From contig JBDWHS010000002.1 of NCBI GenBank assembly GCA_039975135.1, positions 41,479 to 105,478 on the forward strand: 64,000 bases of DNA, read 5' to 3'. Below are positions 8,127 to 17,585 of the stretch, one piece after another. The notes under the pieces are model-generated. The model made no database searches, was not told the origin of the DNA, and was given only the letters and a program-made list of their open reading frames with translations. Each line of letters begins with the position of its first letter. Within the stretch, counting starts at the first letter, position 1. Source of the stretch: Sneathiella sp. Its GTDB lineage: Bacteria; Pseudomonadota; Alphaproteobacteria; Sneathiellales; Sneathiellaceae. The position numbers and the translations under genes were made by a program.

Positions 8127-9833
8127 ATGACAGATCAAACCTTATCTGGCGAAACCGCGCCCCTCTCAAAACTAAAGCTTAGCCGCGATGACTGGGTAAT
8201 GCGGGCCTTCATTCTGGCGATTGGCGTGTGGCTGCTTTTCACCCTTCTTTTTCCGCTTTATGCGATGCTGTCCAAAAGTGCACAGAACAAGGATGGTGTG
8301 TTTGTTGGGCTGACCAACTATATCGAATATTTCTCGACACCGGCTTTGTTTTATTCGATCAATAACAGCTTCTTTATCGCCTTTGTCTCGACAGCGATTA
8401 CGATCAGTCTGGCCTCTGTTTTTGCCTTTATATTGTCGCGCTCCATGATCCCGCTGAAGGGAATGTTCAAGGGTATCGCGCTGTTGCCTCTCCTTGCGCC
8501 GTCGCTTTTACCGGGCATCTCGTTCGTCTATTTGTTTGGCCGTCAGGGTGTCTTGAAAGATCTAATGGGGGATCACAGCATTTATGGACCCATCGGTATC
8601 ATAATGGGTGAAGTATTCTATACATTTCCCCATGCATTGATGATACTGATTGCGGCTTTCTCCATCGCTGATGCCCGGCTTTATGAGGCCGCTGTCGTTC
8701 TCAGGACCGGGCGGATACGGACGTTTTTTACCGTCACATTGCCCGGTATTAAATACGGATTGATCAGCGCGATTTTTGTTGTTTTTACGCTGGTCATTAC
8801 AGATTTCGGTATTCCGAAGGTGATTGGCGGTCAATATAACGTGCTGGCAACCGATATCTACAAACAGGTCATCGGCCAGCAGAATTTTGAAATGGGAGCG
8901 GTGGTCAGTGTGGTTCTGCTGATCCCGGCAATCTTGGCATTTGCCGTTGATCGGTTTGTTCAGCGCAAGCAGGTCGCCATGTTGACGGCGCGAGCGGTTC
9001 CGTATGAGCCCAAGCCTCATTCGGTGCTCGACAAAGTTTTCTTCCTCTATTGCTGCCTGATCGGAATCATGATCATCGGTATTATAGGGATGGCGGGCTA
9101 CGCGTCTTTCGTCACTTTCTGGCCCTATAATCTGGAACTGTCGCTTAACAACTATAACTTTGATGTCATGGATGGCGGCGGATGGGGATCTTTTTATAAC
9201 TCCCTGAAGATGGCCGCTTATACCGCCGTGTTTGGCACGATCATTATCTTTACCGGCGCTTATATGGTTGAGAAAGCCAAAGGGGCGAAGGTTCTGCGCG
9301 GTGTCATTCAATTCATGTGTATGATCCCGATGGCAGTTCCGGGCATGGTCCTTGGCCTCGCCTATATCTTCTTCTTCAATCACCCGGATAATCCGCTGGA
9401 AGTTATTTATGGGACCATGGCCATTCTGGTCATCGTGACCATCGCCCATTTTTATACAGTGAGCCATTTGACAGCAATGACTGCACTCAAACAGATGGAT
9501 CCTGAATTTGAAACTGTTTCAGCGTCGCTAAAAGTGCCGTTTTTCAGGACATTCTTGAAAGTCACGGTTCCTGTCTGCATGCCGGCTATTCTCGATATAT
9601 CCATTTATTTGTTCGTCAATGCGATGACGACTGTATCTGCGGTGATCTTTTTGTATTCCACAGACACATCGCTAGCCTCCATTGCGGCTTTGAACATGGA
9701 TGACGCCGGGGATGTTGCTCCGGCTGCCGCCATGTGTATGGTGATTGTCGCCACCTCTGCAGGCGTTCGAATTCTTCATGCCTTGCTGACGCGGGGTATT
9801 GCCAGAAGAACGCAAGCGTGGAGGACGCGCTGA
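8127..9833 (+). CDS. Fused two-domain ABC permease (PhnU2/FbpB-like)
   Basis: 568 aa, about 12 hydrophobic segments in two repeated permease halves. 5-nt gap after the ATPase gene. Confidence 0.85.
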   Translation: MTDQTLSGETAPLSKLKLSRDDWVMRAFILAIGVWLLFTLLFPLYAMLSKSAQNKDGVFVGLTNYIEYFSTPALFYSINNSFFIAFVSTAITISLASVFAFILSRSMIPLKGMFKGIALLPLLAPSLLPGISFVYLFGRQGVLKDLMGDHSIYGPIGIIMGEVFYTFPHALMILIAAFSIADARLYEAAVVLRTGRIRTFFTVTLPGIKYGLISAIFVVFTLVITDFGIPKVIGGQYNVLATDIYKQVIGQQNFEMGAVVSVVLLIPAILAFAVDRFVQRKQVAMLTARAVPYEPKPHSVLDKVFFLYCCLIGIMIIGIIGMAGYASFVTFWPYNLELSLNNYNFDVMDGGGWGSFYNSLKMAAYTAVFGTIIIFTGAYMVEKAKGAKVLRGVIQFMCMIPMAVPGMVLGLAYIFFFNHPDNPLEVIYGTMAILVIVTIAHFYTVSHLTAMTALKQMDPEFETVSASLKVPFFRTFLKVTVPVCMPAILDISIYLFVNAMTTVSAVIFLYSTDTSLASIAALNMDDAGDVAPAAAMCMVIVATSAGVRILHALLTRGIARRTQAWRTR

Positions 9834-9834
9834 T

Positions 9835-11241
9835 ATGGCTCTGAAGGCTGATCCGATGGTGCAGGCGAGCGCAAAGCCGCATCAGTCAGAAGGAGATGTC
9901 AATTCCTCCGCTCGGCGGAAAGCCTGGGCGGCAGAGAATATTGACGCCGCCTCCCGCAGTCTTCTGGATCGGGATGAGCGTGTCTTCCTGCATCAATCGG
10001 TTTCCACACCGTGCTTGAATACGATCCAGGCAGCAGAAGGGGCCTATATTATCGATGGACAGGGGCGTAAGCTTCTCGATTTCCACGGGAATAATGTTCA
10101 CCATATCGGATATGGTCATCCTCGCCTGAAAGAGGCGATTACCCGGCAGATGGAGGAGCTTCCTTTTGCACCGCGCCGCTTTACCTGCGATCCGGCTGTG
10201 GAGTTGGCGGAAAAGCTGCGGGATATCTCGCCCGGTGATCTTGGAAAGGTCCTGTTCGCAACGGGAGGCTCCGACGCCATCGAGATGGCGCTTAAAGTCG
10301 CGCGGGCCAAGACCGGACGGTTTAAAACCATTTCTTTCTGGGATGCTTTTCATGGAGCGGGTTTCGGGGCGTCCAGCATTGGCGGAGAGCAACTCTTCAG
10401 AGGACAGGCAATCGGCCCACTTCTGCCCGGAACCGAACATGTCGCCCCTTACGCCTGTTATCGTTGTCCTTATGGGTATGAGGTCGATGAAAACGGGGCT
10501 CCGGATCTTTCAGTATGCAAGACGACCTGCGCCAATATGATCCGCTATGTTCTTGAGAAAGAGGGAAATGTTGCCGCCGTTATTGCTGAGCCTGCGCGGG
10601 CAGTTCCCTACAATCCGCCCGAGGGGTTCTGGAAAAGCGTGCGGGATGCCTGCCATGCGGCAGGGGCTCTTCTGATCTTTGATGAAATACCAACGGGCCT
10701 TGGTAAAACAGGGCGAATGTTCGCTTGCGATCATGATGAGGTCATTCCGGATATCCTGGTGATGGGCAAGGCGTTGGGTGGTGGTATCTTGCCCATTGCA
10801 GCGACATTGTGTCATCCGGATCTGGATGTTCTGGGAGACTATGCGATAGGTCACTATACGCATGAGAAAAACCCGGTTACGACACGGGCGGCTTTGACAA
10901 CTATCAACATTATCGAAGATGAGGGGTTAGTCGAAAATGCTTCTGTTGTAGGAGCTTATGCGCTCGAACGTATGAAGTACATGAAGTCAAAATACGGCTT
11001 GATTGGCGATGTTCGGGGACGTGGCTTTTTGCTTGGCCTTGATCTTGTGGAGGATCGGAAAAGCAAAAAAGGCGCCAATGATGCGGCTGAGGAGATCCTC
11101 TATCGTGCATTTGATGCAGGCCTGAGTTTTAAGACAACCATGGGAAATGTTCTGACCCTGACACCGCCTTTGATAGCCACGCAAGAGCAGATGGATTTTG
11201 CCCTGGATGTTCTGGAAGATGCCATTCGAGATCTTTCATGA
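9835..11241 (+). CDS. Class-III aminotransferase-fold PLP enzyme; candidate (R)-1-hydroxy-2-aminoethylphosphonate ammonia-lyase (PbfA-like)
   Basis: ATG 9835 lies 1 nt after the permease TGA, with GGAGGA about 10 nt upstream. Class-III motifs FDEIPTGLGKTG and PLP-Lys region ILVMGKALGGG. Located between the AEP importer and phnW. Confidence 0.6.
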   Translation: MALKADPMVQASAKPHQSEGDVNSSARRKAWAAENIDAASRSLLDRDERVFLHQSVSTPCLNTIQAAEGAYIIDGQGRKLLDFHGNNVHHIGYGHPRLKEAITRQMEELPFAPRRFTCDPAVELAEKLRDISPGDLGKVLFATGGSDAIEMALKVARAKTGRFKTISFWDAFHGAGFGASSIGGEQLFRGQAIGPLLPGTEHVAPYACYRCPYGYEVDENGAPDLSVCKTTCANMIRYVLEKEGNVAAVIAEPARAVPYNPPEGFWKSVRDACHAAGALLIFDEIPTGLGKTGRMFACDHDEVIPDILVMGKALGGGILPIAATLCHPDLDVLGDYAIGHYTHEKNPVTTRAALTTINIIEDEGLVENASVVGAYALERMKYMKSKYGLIGDVRGRGFLLGLDLVEDRKSKKGANDAAEEILYRAFDAGLSFKTTMGNVLTLTPPLIATQEQMDFALDVLEDAIRDLS

Positions 11242-11363
11242 AGACTGCCATAAAAGATCATTTTTTCTTATATATTGGATCGAATATAGCAATTTGACTT
11301 ATCGATACTGTGCAAGCCATATGGAGGCTCTAACACATTATTTCCTCAAAAAGGAGAAGGAAA

Positions 11364-12548
11364 TTGACCCGGCACGCTGTTTCGACAACTGAATTTGCGA
11401 CCAGTCAGGGAGTTTTCCCGGTTGGTGATGAACCTTATCTGTTGACACCTGGCCCATTGACCACCGCGGTGTCTACCAAAGCGGCGATGCTGAAAGACTG
11501 GGGCTCGTGGGATGATGATTTTAAAGCCATCACTCAGGAGATCCGGGAGCGGCTGGTCGCAATGTGCGGCGGCGAAGAAGAATATGACTGTGTTCCCATG
11601 CAGGGGAGCGGTACGTTCTCGATTGAAGCGGCTCTTGCATCTTTCATTCCAAAAGATGGAAAAGCTCTCATTCTGATGAACGGTGCTTATGGCCAGCGTG
11701 CTGCAAAGACACTCGATTATATCGGCCGGGCTTATGTCTCTCTTGATAAAGGCGATTATTTGCCGCCGATGCCCGAAGAAGTGGATGCGCTTCTGACTGA
11801 GCATAAAGACGTGACCCATGTCGTGATTGTTCACTGTGAAACCAGTTCCGGTATTCTGAACCCGCTTCAGGAAATCTCGGATGTAGTAATGCGCCATGGT
11901 CGCAAGCTGATTGTTGACAGTATGAGTGCTTTTGGTGCGGTCCCCCTGAATGTCGCGGATATTCCCTTTGAAGTGATGGTGTCCTCCGCTAACAAATGTA
12001 TTGAAGGCGTTCCGGGGTTTGGATTTATCGTGGCACGTAAAGACTCACTTGAGGCTGCAAAAGGCAGAAGCCACTCCTTAAGCCTGGATGTGCATGATCA
12101 GTGGGCCTATATGAATAAAACCGGCCAGTGGCGTTTTACACCGCCAACCCATACGGTTGTGGCTTTTCTGGAAGCTCTGCATTTGCATGATCGCGAGGGG
12201 AATGTGGCGGGCCGGTTAGCCCGGTATACCAAAAATCGGGATACAATGGTTTCAGGAATGCGAGCGATGGGATTCGAAACTCTCTTGGAAGACAAGTGGT
12301 TATCGCCTATTATCACGACCTTCTTCAGCCCGGATGATCCTAATTTCGAGTTTGGCCGCTTTTACAATGAAATTAAAACTCGCGGGTTTATCATCTATCC
12401 GGGTAAATTAACCGAAGCAGACAGCTTCAGGGTTGGATGTATTGGGCTTCTGGATCACCATGTGATGGAAGGCGTTGTTCAGGCCGTCAAAGAAAGCTGC
12501 GAAGCGATGGGCGTTAAAAACTTTTCCCCACCAGATGGAGTGAAATAA
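11364..12548 (+). CDS. phnW: 2-aminoethylphosphonate--pyruvate transaminase
   Basis: N-terminal signature YLLTPGPLTTAVSTKAAMLKDWGSWDDDF. PLP-Lys region SSANKCIEGVPG. TTG start preceded by AAGGAGAAGG. Confidence 0.85.
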   Translation: MTRHAVSTTEFATSQGVFPVGDEPYLLTPGPLTTAVSTKAAMLKDWGSWDDDFKAITQEIRERLVAMCGGEEEYDCVPMQGSGTFSIEAALASFIPKDGKALILMNGAYGQRAAKTLDYIGRAYVSLDKGDYLPPMPEEVDALLTEHKDVTHVVIVHCETSSGILNPLQEISDVVMRHGRKLIVDSMSAFGAVPLNVADIPFEVMVSSANKCIEGVPGFGFIVARKDSLEAAKGRSHSLSLDVHDQWAYMNKTGQWRFTPPTHTVVAFLEALHLHDREGNVAGRLARYTKNRDTMVSGMRAMGFETLLEDKWLSPIITTFFSPDDPNFEFGRFYNEIKTRGFIIYPGKLTEADSFRVGCIGLLDHHVMEGVVQAVKESCEAMGVKNFSPPDGVK

Positions 12549-12554
12549 AAAACA

Positions 12555-14252
12555 TTGGATGCAACATCGGTACTGATTAGCCTGCTCGGCGGCGTGTCTC
12601 TGCTTTTATGGGGCCTGAGAATGGTCAATACAGGTGTGACACGTGCCTTCGGACGGGAACTTGGCAAGATCCTCAATTTCAGCTTGCAAAACAGGTTCAA
12701 GTCTTTTCTCGGTGGTCTTGGCGTGACGATGTTGCTTCAAAGCAGTACTGCAACTGCTTTGCTCACAGCCTCTTTCGCGGGCAGAGGATTGGTGACGGCT
12801 TCCGCTGGCATTGCGGTGATGCTCGGCGCGGATGTCGGGACAACTCTTGTTGCTCAAGCTCTCAGTTTTGATTTATCCTGGCTTGCACCGATTTTTCTGT
12901 TTATCGGATTTGTCAGGCATACAACCGCGAAATCGACGCGCGCTAAAAATTTAGGCCGGATCTTCCTTGGTCTGGGTATGATGCTGACAGCGTTGAAGCT
13001 GCTCGTTCTGGCCTCAGGTCCGATACGCGATTCTGAGGTCGCTCAATTTCTGTTCAATTCTCTTGCCGGAGAGCCGGTTCTAACGGTCGTAATTGCTGCT
13101 GTTATTACATTCGTTGCTCATTCCAGCTTGGCGACGGTTCTCTTCATTTTGACACTTGTTGCCACCGGAGGAGTGCCTCAGGATGTCGCTCTTGCCATGA
13201 TTTTGGGAGCCAATCTTGGGGGGGCTTTGCCGCCCGTGATTGCAACGCTCAATGCTGATACGGCCTCTCGCAGGCCGCCCCTTGGCAATCTCATATGCCG
13301 TTTGACGGGCGTTGTTGTCTTGTTGCCGCTTCTGGGATTAATTGAACCGGAGCTTGCAAAAATTCAAGCTGATCCTGCGCGGCAGGTGGTGAATTTTCAC
13401 ACGTTTTTCAATTTGGGTCTTGCGGCTTTCTTTATCCTGTTTACAGGCCCATTGGGACGTCTAACCGAAAAAATACTACCGGAAAAAACAACATCGGACA
13501 CTGCTGCGAACCGACCTATTCATCTGGATCGTGCCGCCCTTGAAAGTCCGCAGTTGGCATTGGCCAATGCGGTTCGAGATACGCTCCGCATGGGGGATAT
13601 TCTGGAAAAGATGTTTCGGGACTTACAGGTTGCCTTTACGCGAAATGACAGCGTATTGCTCAATGAAGTGCGTGAGGCAGACGAAGTGATCAACGAGTTC
13701 AATGCAGGCATCAAAAGCTATTTGACTGAGCTTGGGCGGGAAATGCTCGAAGATGAGGATGAAAAGCGCTGCACTGAAATCATGACCTTCACAACCAATC
13801 TGGAGCATATCGGGAATATCGTTGTCCTCAATATGGCTGAATTGGTGGAGAAAACATCGAACACGCAAGTCTCATTTTCCAGCGAAGATGTGTCAGATCA
13901 CAATCGGCTTTTTGACATGGCGCTTGCCAATCTGAAGCTGTCCTTCAGCGTCTTTTTAACGCGTGAGCAGGCGCAGGCGGCCCGGCTCATTCAGGAGAAG
14001 CAGGATTTAAGGGATACGGAGCAGGAGGCTGTGGGCGCCCATTTGGAGCGATTGCGTGAAGACAGAAATATGGATGAGATTTCCAGTGCGATGCATCTGG
14101 GGCTGCTCAGTGATCTCAGACGGATCAATTCTTTGATTTCGGCGGTTGCTTATCCTATCGTGCTGGAGCATGAAAAATCGCAGAAGGCCGAGAAGAAGGC
14201 GAAGAAGAAAGACAAAGGCAAAAAGAATTTCGGGCAGACAAGCAGCTTATAG
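12555..14252 (+). CDS. Na+/phosphate cotransporter family protein with C-terminal PhoU-like domain
   Basis: 565 aa: hydrophobic N-terminal two-repeat transporter core, soluble helical C-terminal half, Lys-rich tail. TTG start 6 nt after the phnW stop. Confidence 0.8.
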   Translation: MDATSVLISLLGGVSLLLWGLRMVNTGVTRAFGRELGKILNFSLQNRFKSFLGGLGVTMLLQSSTATALLTASFAGRGLVTASAGIAVMLGADVGTTLVAQALSFDLSWLAPIFLFIGFVRHTTAKSTRAKNLGRIFLGLGMMLTALKLLVLASGPIRDSEVAQFLFNSLAGEPVLTVVIAAVITFVAHSSLATVLFILTLVATGGVPQDVALAMILGANLGGALPPVIATLNADTASRRPPLGNLICRLTGVVVLLPLLGLIEPELAKIQADPARQVVNFHTFFNLGLAAFFILFTGPLGRLTEKILPEKTTSDTAANRPIHLDRAALESPQLALANAVRDTLRMGDILEKMFRDLQVAFTRNDSVLLNEVREADEVINEFNAGIKSYLTELGREMLEDEDEKRCTEIMTFTTNLEHIGNIVVLNMAELVEKTSNTQVSFSSEDVSDHNRLFDMALANLKLSFSVFLTREQAQAARLIQEKQDLRDTEQEAVGAHLERLREDRNMDEISSAMHLGLLSDLRRINSLISAVAYPIVLEHEKSQKAEKKAKKKDKGKKNFGQTSSL

Positions 14253-14261
14253 GATCGGATT

Positions 14262-15128
14262 ATGACTGCATCAGATTTTCAACTCAGGCAAGCCAGTAAC
14301 CACGATGTTGAAGATCTTGTCGCTTTAACCGACGAGGTTGGATGGGGATTTACGTCTACGAATTGGCAAGTTGCAATTGCCGCCGGCTATAATTTTATCC
14401 TTCGCGATCAGGGAGGTGAGATCGCTGCGACTTCCGCAATTTTCCGATATGGATCTCTTTCATTTCTGGCCAACATTATTGTTCGGGAGAGTTATCGCGG
14501 GCAAGGGCTTGCCACACGGATCATTAATGAAGCCGAACGCCGTGTTGATATTGGTCAGTCCCCGATAATGTTGGTCGCCACCTCGGATGGCGAACCAGTT
14601 TATAAAAGTCGGGGATATCGAACCGTTGATACATGTTCTCAGTTCGCTTTGCAAAACGGCGCGGATACGATCACACCACCTCATATGCCTGCATATCGTT
14701 TTGCCCCGGTTACAGAGGAAACGCTGGATGACATCAGAGCTTTCGACCTTGAGCTTAATAGCTTTGATAGGGGACATGTCCTGACAGCTATGTTCCGGGC
14801 AGGATTTCCTGCCGTTGCTCTGTATGAACGGGAGAGTGAAGACTTGTTTGGGTTTGCCATGGCGACCCCGCGACAGAATAATATGTTGATTGGACCTGTC
14901 ATTGCGAAAGATAAAATGGGAGCCGTTGCGTTGGTGCAGATGCTGGCCTATGGCCGGCAGGAGGCGCTTCGGATCGATCTGTTGTCTCATCAGCCTGACT
15001 TCAGAGCATCACTGGAAGATATTGGATTTCGTATATATGAAACGTCTCCAATCATGCTGCTGGGATCGGATGAACAGGCCGTCCGCAGACCAAACGCATT
15101 TGCCATTACATCTCAGGCTTTTGGGTAA
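14262..15128 (+). CDS. GNAT-family N-acetyltransferase with extra C-terminal domain
   Basis: Acetyl-CoA motif RGQGLATRIINEAE. 288 aa. 9-nt gap after the preceding gene. Confidence 0.7.
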   Translation: MTASDFQLRQASNHDVEDLVALTDEVGWGFTSTNWQVAIAAGYNFILRDQGGEIAATSAIFRYGSLSFLANIIVRESYRGQGLATRIINEAERRVDIGQSPIMLVATSDGEPVYKSRGYRTVDTCSQFALQNGADTITPPHMPAYRFAPVTEETLDDIRAFDLELNSFDRGHVLTAMFRAGFPAVALYERESEDLFGFAMATPRQNNMLIGPVIAKDKMGAVALVQMLAYGRQEALRIDLLSHQPDFRASLEDIGFRIYETSPIMLLGSDEQAVRRPNAFAITSQAFG

Positions 15129-15212
15129 ACCTTTTCGTTTGAACCATTTGACCGCGCTGGCCGACAGAATAAAAGGAGCTTCGCTCAGAGCAAGGACATA
15201 AAGGTGTAGAAG

Positions 15213-15944
15213 ATGCATATCTGGCGTGATCATCTTATCATCCTGACTGTTTTTGCCGGATTGACTATTCCTGTCTATTTTGTCGATGCATGGCTTCTAA
15301 AATCTAGCAGGGGTGCTCTGTTTAGCCTTCAGGGCTTGTTTATCTCTTTCTATCTGATCGGGATTGCCGTCCATGCTCTGGTCAGCACTGCTGGGCATTA
15401 TTTTTTCAAAAAAACTGGAATGGCAATCCTGCACTGCGTATCGCTTGTCCTATCCGTTATCCTTGTCGTCATCGGTTTATTTGTTATTGAAAGCCTCCAT
15501 CAGAGAGGTCGGACAATTGCTACGGAAACTCTAATGGCGGAGCGTGCAGAACGCCAGAATGTCCTGACATTGGTAAAATGGCAGTACGGCTCTTCTTCCG
15601 GAAAACCAGAAAGTGCCTTGATTACGGTTCGAACGGCGCAGGCAGGGCGATTTGCCGCTCGCATTGACGCGCGAGGGCACGGTGACTATTCCAAAGAGAT
15701 CTTTGCAGGTGAACTGGAAAGCCAGGTTCATCTTGCTGCGGGCGATACAGTTACGCTCACGCTAATGCTCAATCACTATTCCGACGAGAAGATCGGCAGC
15801 ATTACGCTTACCCTTTCCCTGTTTCAAAAGCAGAAAGGTGGGCATGACAAAGACATTCGGAAAATATACATGCCCGATATTCAAGCCTATGATGATGGCC
15901 GGATATTTTATGACCGCCTTCCCGAGCCAGTCTCAAACCTCTGA
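15213..15944 (+). CDS. Hypothetical membrane protein (3 TM helices plus soluble C-terminal domain)
   Basis: ORF with three clear hydrophobic helices. No family recognised. Confidence 0.5.
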   Translation: MHIWRDHLIILTVFAGLTIPVYFVDAWLLKSSRGALFSLQGLFISFYLIGIAVHALVSTAGHYFFKKTGMAILHCVSLVLSVILVVIGLFVIESLHQRGRTIATETLMAERAERQNVLTLVKWQYGSSSGKPESALITVRTAQAGRFAARIDARGHGDYSKEIFAGELESQVHLAAGDTVTLTLMLNHYSDEKIGSITLTLSLFQKQKGGHDKDIRKIYMPDIQAYDDGRIFYDRLPEPVSNL

Positions 15945-16688
15945 TCATGCAAGGGGCAGTAATTTGTCCGGATAATCGGTGATAATGGCATCAACACCCC
16001 AGTTCAGAAAACGCTCAGCGATTTCCAGATCATTGACGGTGTAGGCTAGAAATTTAAAACCTGCTGCCTGAACCGCTTTGACCGCTTCTTCGGTGACAAA
16101 CGGATAATAACAATGCAGGCTGGCGGAGCCGGTATCGGTCAGTCGCTTCTCCCAGTCAGGGGGAATGGCATCTGTCAGATATCCCAAAGGGATATCAGGT
16201 ACATATTGCCCGGTAATGGTCAGCGCTTCTTCATTGAAGGAGGAAATCAGCAGGGGCAAATCACGGGAGAGTTCCTCCTGCAGTTGCCGGCCAACAATCT
16301 CTGCAGTTGGAACTTGCCAGCCCTCGACCGGTTTGACTTCGAGGTTAAGGCTCATGCCAAGAGCTTTCGTTGCCTGAAGAGCCTCTGTCAGTGTCGGGAT
16401 CTTCTCGCCGCACCAGTCGTCTCCAAACCAGCTTCCAGCGTCCAGTTTTTCGATATCAGCCAGATCCTGAAGGAGCACAGGGCCCGACCCATTGCTGCAG
16501 CGATCGAGGTTCGTATCATGATGAATAACGGTTCCATTGTCCTGGGTAACTGTCACGTCGATCTCGATAGATTTTGCGCCAACTTCCGCCGCTTTGCGAA
16601 AGGAGGAAAGTGTGTTTTCAGGAGCCAGGCCCTTGGCCCCCCGATGCCCGATGATCCGGGGCATGGTTTCAAAAAAGGCGGAAGTCAT
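15945..16688 (-). CDS. ugpQ: Glycerophosphodiester phosphodiesterase
   Basis: GDPD motif [15 protein letters not shown], then IEIDV. 247 aa. Confidence 0.85.
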   Translation of the reverse strand: MTSAFFETMPRIIGHRGAKGLAPENTLSSFRKAAEVGAKSIEIDVTVTQDNGTVIHHDTNLDRCSNGSGPVLLQDLADIEKLDAGSWFGDDWCGEKIPTLTEALQATKALGMSLNLEVKPVEGWQVPTAEIVGRQLQEELSRDLPLLISSFNEEALTITGQYVPDIPLGYLTDAIPPDWEKRLTDTGSASLHCYYPFVTEEAVKAVQAAGFKFLAYTVNDLEIAERFLNWGVDAIITDYPDKLLPLA

Positions 16689-17398
16689 CGGGAATCTCCT
16701 GTGGCACGAGGCACATCCTGATCCGGAACAGACCAGTCAATCGGTGTTTGATGGGTGCGTTCCAGATATTCGTTGGCTTTGGAAAAATGTCCATTGCCGA
16801 GGAACCCTCGATGCGCGGATAGTGGGGAGGGATGTGGACTTGTGAGAACCAGATGACGGTTCCGGTCAATAACCTTCCCTTTTTTTTGAGCATAGCTGCC
16901 CCAAAGCAGAAAAACCAGCCGGTCCCGCTCTTTATTCAAAGCAGAAACGACCGCGTCCGTAAACTCTTCCCACCCACGTCCCTGATGAGAGGCTGCTTTC
17001 GCCTGCTCGACAGTCAGGACGCTGTTCAAAAGAAGGACGCCTTGTTCAGCCCAGTTTTGTAAATTTCCGTGTTTTGGAATGGGAAGACCAAGGTCGCGAT
17101 TGATTTCCTTATACATATTCTGCAAGGAGGGAGGTGTTCGCACCCCGTCGCGGACTGAAAAGCTGAGGCCGTGTGCCTGCCCCGGTCCGTGATAGGGATC
17201 CTGACCAAGGATAACGACCTTCACTGTCTGAAAAGGTGTACAATCAAAAGCGGTGAAAATGTTTTTACCTTCTGGAAAAATAACTTTACCCGCACGTTTT
17301 TCCTGTTCGAGAAAGGCACGGAGGTTCTTCATGTGATCTTTTTCGAACTCGGAAGCCAGGACTTTAAGCCAGCTTTCCTCCAGTTTTATATCTGCCAC
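16685..17398 (-). CDS. ung: Uracil-DNA glycosylase (family 1)
   Basis: Motifs [22 protein letters not shown] and [11 protein letters not shown]. Overlaps the ugpQ start by 4 nt. Confidence 0.9.
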   Translation of the reverse strand: MADIKLEESWLKVLASEFEKDHMKNLRAFLEQEKRAGKVIFPEGKNIFTAFDCTPFQTVKVVILGQDPYHGPGQAHGLSFSVRDGVRTPPSLQNMYKEINRDLGLPIPKHGNLQNWAEQGVLLLNSVLTVEQAKAASHQGRGWEEFTDAVVSALNKERDRLVFLLWGSYAQKKGKVIDRNRHLVLTSPHPSPLSAHRGFLGNGHFSKANEYLERTHQTPIDWSVPDQDVPRATGDSR

Positions 17399-17523
17399 CC
17401 ATCCCCCATTTCAAGTTATCGGAACATCGTCCGAACTTCTGTCTTTATAACTGCATTATTGCGGTTTTATTATGAGAGGAGAAAGAAGAGAAGCAACTTT
17501 TTCCAATTATCCGGGCCTATGGC

Positions 17524-17569
17524 TTGACATTGGAAACAGATTTCTCAATATTGTTTGTATACATACAAA
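17524..17569 (+). promoter_or_regulatory. Sigma-70-like promoter (TTGACA-N17-AATATT) with overlapping palindromic operator TTTGTAT-AC-ATACAAA
   Basis: TTGACA at 17524-17529 and AATATT at 17547-17552. Inverted repeat 17554-17560 / 17563-17569. Lies 17-60 nt upstream of the first operon gene. Confidence 0.35.
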
Positions 17570-17585
17570 ATGAGGTCCGGGATAT

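Noticed and set aside
8562-9467. Long antisense ORFs opposite well-supported genes. Examples: 8562-9467, 50740-51582, 26047-26784, 56016-56675, 58562-59266, 16113-16721, 21294-21935, 37555-38199, 24513-25040, 40246-40770.
   Set aside because: Each lies fully inside a CDS on the other strand that has clear family motifs. Their translations are low-complexity, Arg/His/Cys-rich strings with no recognisable domains or RBS. This is typical of shadow ORFs in mid-to-high-GC coding DNA.
15942-15947. Convergent genes whose stop codons share a palindrome (TGATCA at 15942-15947; TTATAA at 54755-54760).
   Set aside because: Curious, but readily explained by compact genome organisation. There is no evidence of a functional element.
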